IMG/VR virus record: IMGVR_UViG_3300042987_002695
Coordinates: 1-25,334 of that record
Strand: one strand, 5' to 3'
DNA: 25,334 nt
DNA from: a virus
Lineage: Duplodnaviria; Caudoviricetes
Shown: in pieces, positions 22,622 through 25,334 of the stretch
Layout of the letters: every line of letters starts with the position of its first letter
Position numbering within the stretch: position 1 is the stretch's first letter
Program-made: the position numbers and the translations under genes
The notes under the pieces: model-generated
Seen by the model: the letters and a program-made list of their open reading frames with translations, nothing else
Database searches by the model: none
Told to the model about the DNA's origin: nothing

Positions 22622-25334
22622 ATGCCCCTTAACAAATTATCGAATTTTATTAAGAATACCGATGGGCGCACATTATATGTAAATCCCAACGATTTAGACG
22701 CTACAGATTCGATTACTAATACTGGAAATTCGCTTGCTCAACCTTTCAAGACTATTCAGAGAGCACTTTTAGAATCTGCAAGATTTTCTTTTGTGAATGG
22801 AAAAGGTAATGACTTAGTAGAAAAAACGACAATTCTTGTCTTCCCTGGCGAGCACCTAATTGATAATAGACCTGGTTTTGCCATTTATGATAATGGTGGT
22901 ACTGCATATGCCGTTCCTCCAACTGGCGGCACAGGAACTCCAGCACTCTCAACATTATCTTTAGAATTAGATTCTAATTTTGACCTAACACAAGAAGATA
23001 ATATTCTTTATAAGTTTAATAGTGTCAATGGTGGTATCATTATACCTAGAGGAACATCAATTGTTGGTCTTGATTTAAGAAAAACAAAAGTCAGACCAAA
23101 ATATGTTCCAAACCCAACAGACCCTCTAGTAGGAAAGTCTGCAATTTTTAGAGTTACTGGAGCATGTTATTTCTGGCAGTTTTCATTCTTTGATGCTGAT
23201 GATTCTGGTTTAGTTTATACTCACCCATCATTTTTTACAAGCAATTATCAGTCAGTTCCAAGATTCTCACACCATAAACTCACATGTTTTGAATATGCTG
23301 ATGGTGTAAATGAAGTCGGCACCTATGGTCTGACTGACCTTGATATGTATTATAGCAAACTATCAAATGCTTTTAATTCATATCGCCCAATTCCAGTAAA
23401 TGCAAAGTTTCCTGAAAGTGATGAAGACTTTGCAAAAATGGCACCCGAATGGGAAATCGTTGGAGCGTTTGCATCTGATCCAATTGATATTCAGTCGGTT
23501 ATTTCTGGAAATGGCACAACTGCAACTACCTTAGTCACAGTTACAACAACAGAATATCATAATCTAACTGTAAATACTCCCATCAAAATTAAAGGAGTTA
23601 GCACTCCAGAATATAATATTTCAACCAAGGTACAAAATGTTCTGAGTGCAACTACATTTACATACTTACTTGAGACATTCCCAATTACTCTAGATCCAAC
23701 TCCGGTGGTGACTGGAGCAACAGTAACTGTTGAGACTGATACCGTATCTGGTGCATCTCCTTATATCTTTAACTGTTCCCTCAGATCTGTCTGGGGTATG
23801 AATGGAATGCACGCTGATGGTAGAAGAGCATCAGGATTCCGTTCAATGGTTGTTGCACAGTTTACCGCTGTGTCACTTCAAAAAGATGACCGTGCATTTG
23901 TAAAATATGACCCAATAACAAGAACTTATGCTGGTGTAAACTATTCTACTGTTTATGGTGGAGCACTACCAACAGGAGCATCACAAACAGATACTGCAAA
24001 AGTTTATCACTTAGATCCTAATGCAATTTATAGACAAGGGTGGGAAACAAGTCACATTAAGGTTTCCAATGATTCCTTCATTCAGATAGTATCAGTCTTT
24101 GCAATTGGATTTAATAAGCATTTTGATATTGAGTCTGGTGGTGACGCTTCTATCACCAACTCAAACTCAAACTTTGGTCAGATATCACTTAACTCTGAAG
24201 GATTCAAGGCAGAAGCATTCGATAAAGATAATAATGCCTTTATTACATCTATCATTCCTCCAAGAGACATTGACACTACAGTAGAAGAAGATATTGAATG
24301 GTTGTCAATTGATGTTGGACTTACAACTTCTGTGGGTGTTTCAACTCACTTATATCTCTACGGTTTAAACGCTGCAGATAGTTTACCTGTAAGTGTTACT
24401 CAAGGTTATCGCATTGGTGCTCGTTACAGAGATAAACTTTATCTCTCAATCAATAATACTGAATATTCTGCAGACATTTATATGCAGGATGGTGTAACAA
24501 GTTCTTATAAAGATTATGATGTTTCGAGTGTATCATCTTCAACTTTAACAGTAGGAACTCACACAATTTCAACTGGTGAAAGAATCATCATTAATAGTGA
24601 AAGTGGAGATTTACCTGAGAATGTAATCCCACATATTGTATACTATGCAATTCGAGTTAATTCTACACAAATTAAGTTAGCAACATCATTTACGAATGCT
24701 CTTAACAATGAGGGATTGTCAATTTATGGAGGAACTCAACTGAAAGTTTACAGTAGAGTTTCTGATAAATCTGCAGGCGATATTGGGTCTCCAATACAGT
24801 TTGATGCGACAGCAGGAAATTGGTATATTATTGTAAATAATGCAAACCAAATTTATAATCAACTGAATACTCTTGGAGTTGCGGGATTATCTGAAACAAC
24901 CGATCTTACTTATGTAAAGAGAATTGTTGATGATCGTAGTCTAGATGAGAAGGTTTATAAGGTAAGAGTTGTAATTCCAAAAGAATTATCTGGTGCTAAA
25001 GATCCAGAAGATGGTTTTATTCTTCAGGAATCTAGCACAACAGGTGCGAGAGCGGGTGATTTTACTAGAACTAGTATTGCAAGCACGGACTTTGAGTATA
25101 ATAAGAATCCAAGATTTATTACAACTTGCACTTTAGCGTCTACCACTGTTACTGTCCTAACATCACTTCCTCACGGACTCAATGTTGGTGATTTAGTCGT
25201 CATTCGTAATGTAACTGACAGCAGCAATCCAAGTGGTCTTTATGATCGTGGATATAATGGTAAGTTTGCTGTTGCATCAATTGTTGATGATATGTCATTT
25301 ACACATTCTGTAATTGATGTAAATGGAAAAACAC
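22622..25334 (+). CDS. Very large virion structural protein (5' part, >900 aa, runs off window end)
   Basis: Absent from ORF track, presumably because no stop is in the window. Begins MPLNKLSNFIKNTDGRTLYVNPNDLDATDSITNTGNSLAQPFKTIQRALLESARFS. Contains GTSIVGLDLRKTK, ASPYIFNCSLRSVWGMNGMHADG and AQFTAVSLQKDD, typical of cyanomyovirus giant structural proteins. Frame spot-checked at the window end. Confidence 0.85.
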   Translation, partial: MPLNKLSNFIKNTDGRTLYVNPNDLDATDSITNTGNSLAQPFKTIQRALLESARFSFVNGKGNDLVEKTTILVFPGEHLIDNRPGFAIYDNGGTAYAVPPTGGTGTPALSTLSLELDSNFDLTQEDNILYKFNSVNGGIIIPRGTSIVGLDLRKTKVRPKYVPNPTDPLVGKSAIFRVTGACYFWQFSFFDADDSGLVYTHPSFFTSNYQSVPRFSHHKLTCFEYADGVNEVGTYGLTDLDMYYSKLSNAFNSYRPIPVNAKFPESDEDFAKMAPEWEIVGAFASDPIDIQSVISGNGTTATTLVTVTTTEYHNLTVNTPIKIKGVSTPEYNISTKVQNVLSATTFTYLLETFPITLDPTPVVTGATVTVETDTVSGASPYIFNCSLRSVWGMNGMHADGRRASGFRSMVVAQFTAVSLQKDDRAFVKYDPITRTYAGVNYSTVYGGALPTGASQTDTAKVYHLDPNAIYRQGWETSHIKVSNDSFIQIVSVFAIGFNKHFDIESGGDASITNSNSNFGQISLNSEGFKAEAFDKDNNAFITSIIPPRDIDTTVEEDIEWLSIDVGLTTSVGVSTHLYLYGLNAADSLPVSVTQGYRIGARYRDKLYLSINNTEYSADIYMQDGVTSSYKDYDVSSVSSSTLTVGTHTISTGERIIINSESGDLPENVIPHIVYYAIRVNSTQIKLATSFTNALNNEGLSIYGGTQLKVYSRVSDKSAGDIGSPIQFDATAGNWYIIVNNANQIYNQLNTLGVAGLSETTDLTYVKRIVDDRSLDEKVYKVRVVIPKELSGAKDPEDGFILQESSTTGARAGDFTRTSIASTDFEYNKNPRFITTCTLASTTVTVLTSLPHGLNVGDLVVIRNVTDSSNPSGLYDRGYNGKFAVASIVDDMSFTHSVIDVNGKT

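Noticed and set aside
24099-24284. 61-aa plus-strand ORF
   Set aside because: Out of frame inside the long CDS starting at 22622.

Overview
AT-rich, densely coding segment of a T4-like myovirus. Gene content and order match T4-like cyanophages; host assignment is inference. 1-2146 (minus) carries gp53 (partial), gp48, a gp2-like gene and gp4. 2187-20770 (plus) carries the baseplate and tail module: a tube-fold gene, gp26, gp51, a tape-measure-like gene, a lysozyme+M23 protein, a hub protein, a split gp5, and repeat-rich fibre genes with a chaperone. 20676-22585 is an accessory island with three sigma70-type promoters, two small ORFs (one Phd/YefM-like), tRNA-Ile(UAU), tRNA(CAU), an unexplained structured RNA, a tRNA-Leu(UAA) split by a 199-nt group I intron, and a free-standing HNH gene whose late promoter sits in a hairpin loop. 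22622-end is the start of a very large virion protein. Best leads: the tRNA-intron + HNH unit (possible collaborative homing), a predicted -1 frameshift fusing gp26 to gp51, and the ~79-nt tRNA-ended RNA. All calls are by-eye motif recognition; no searches were run.
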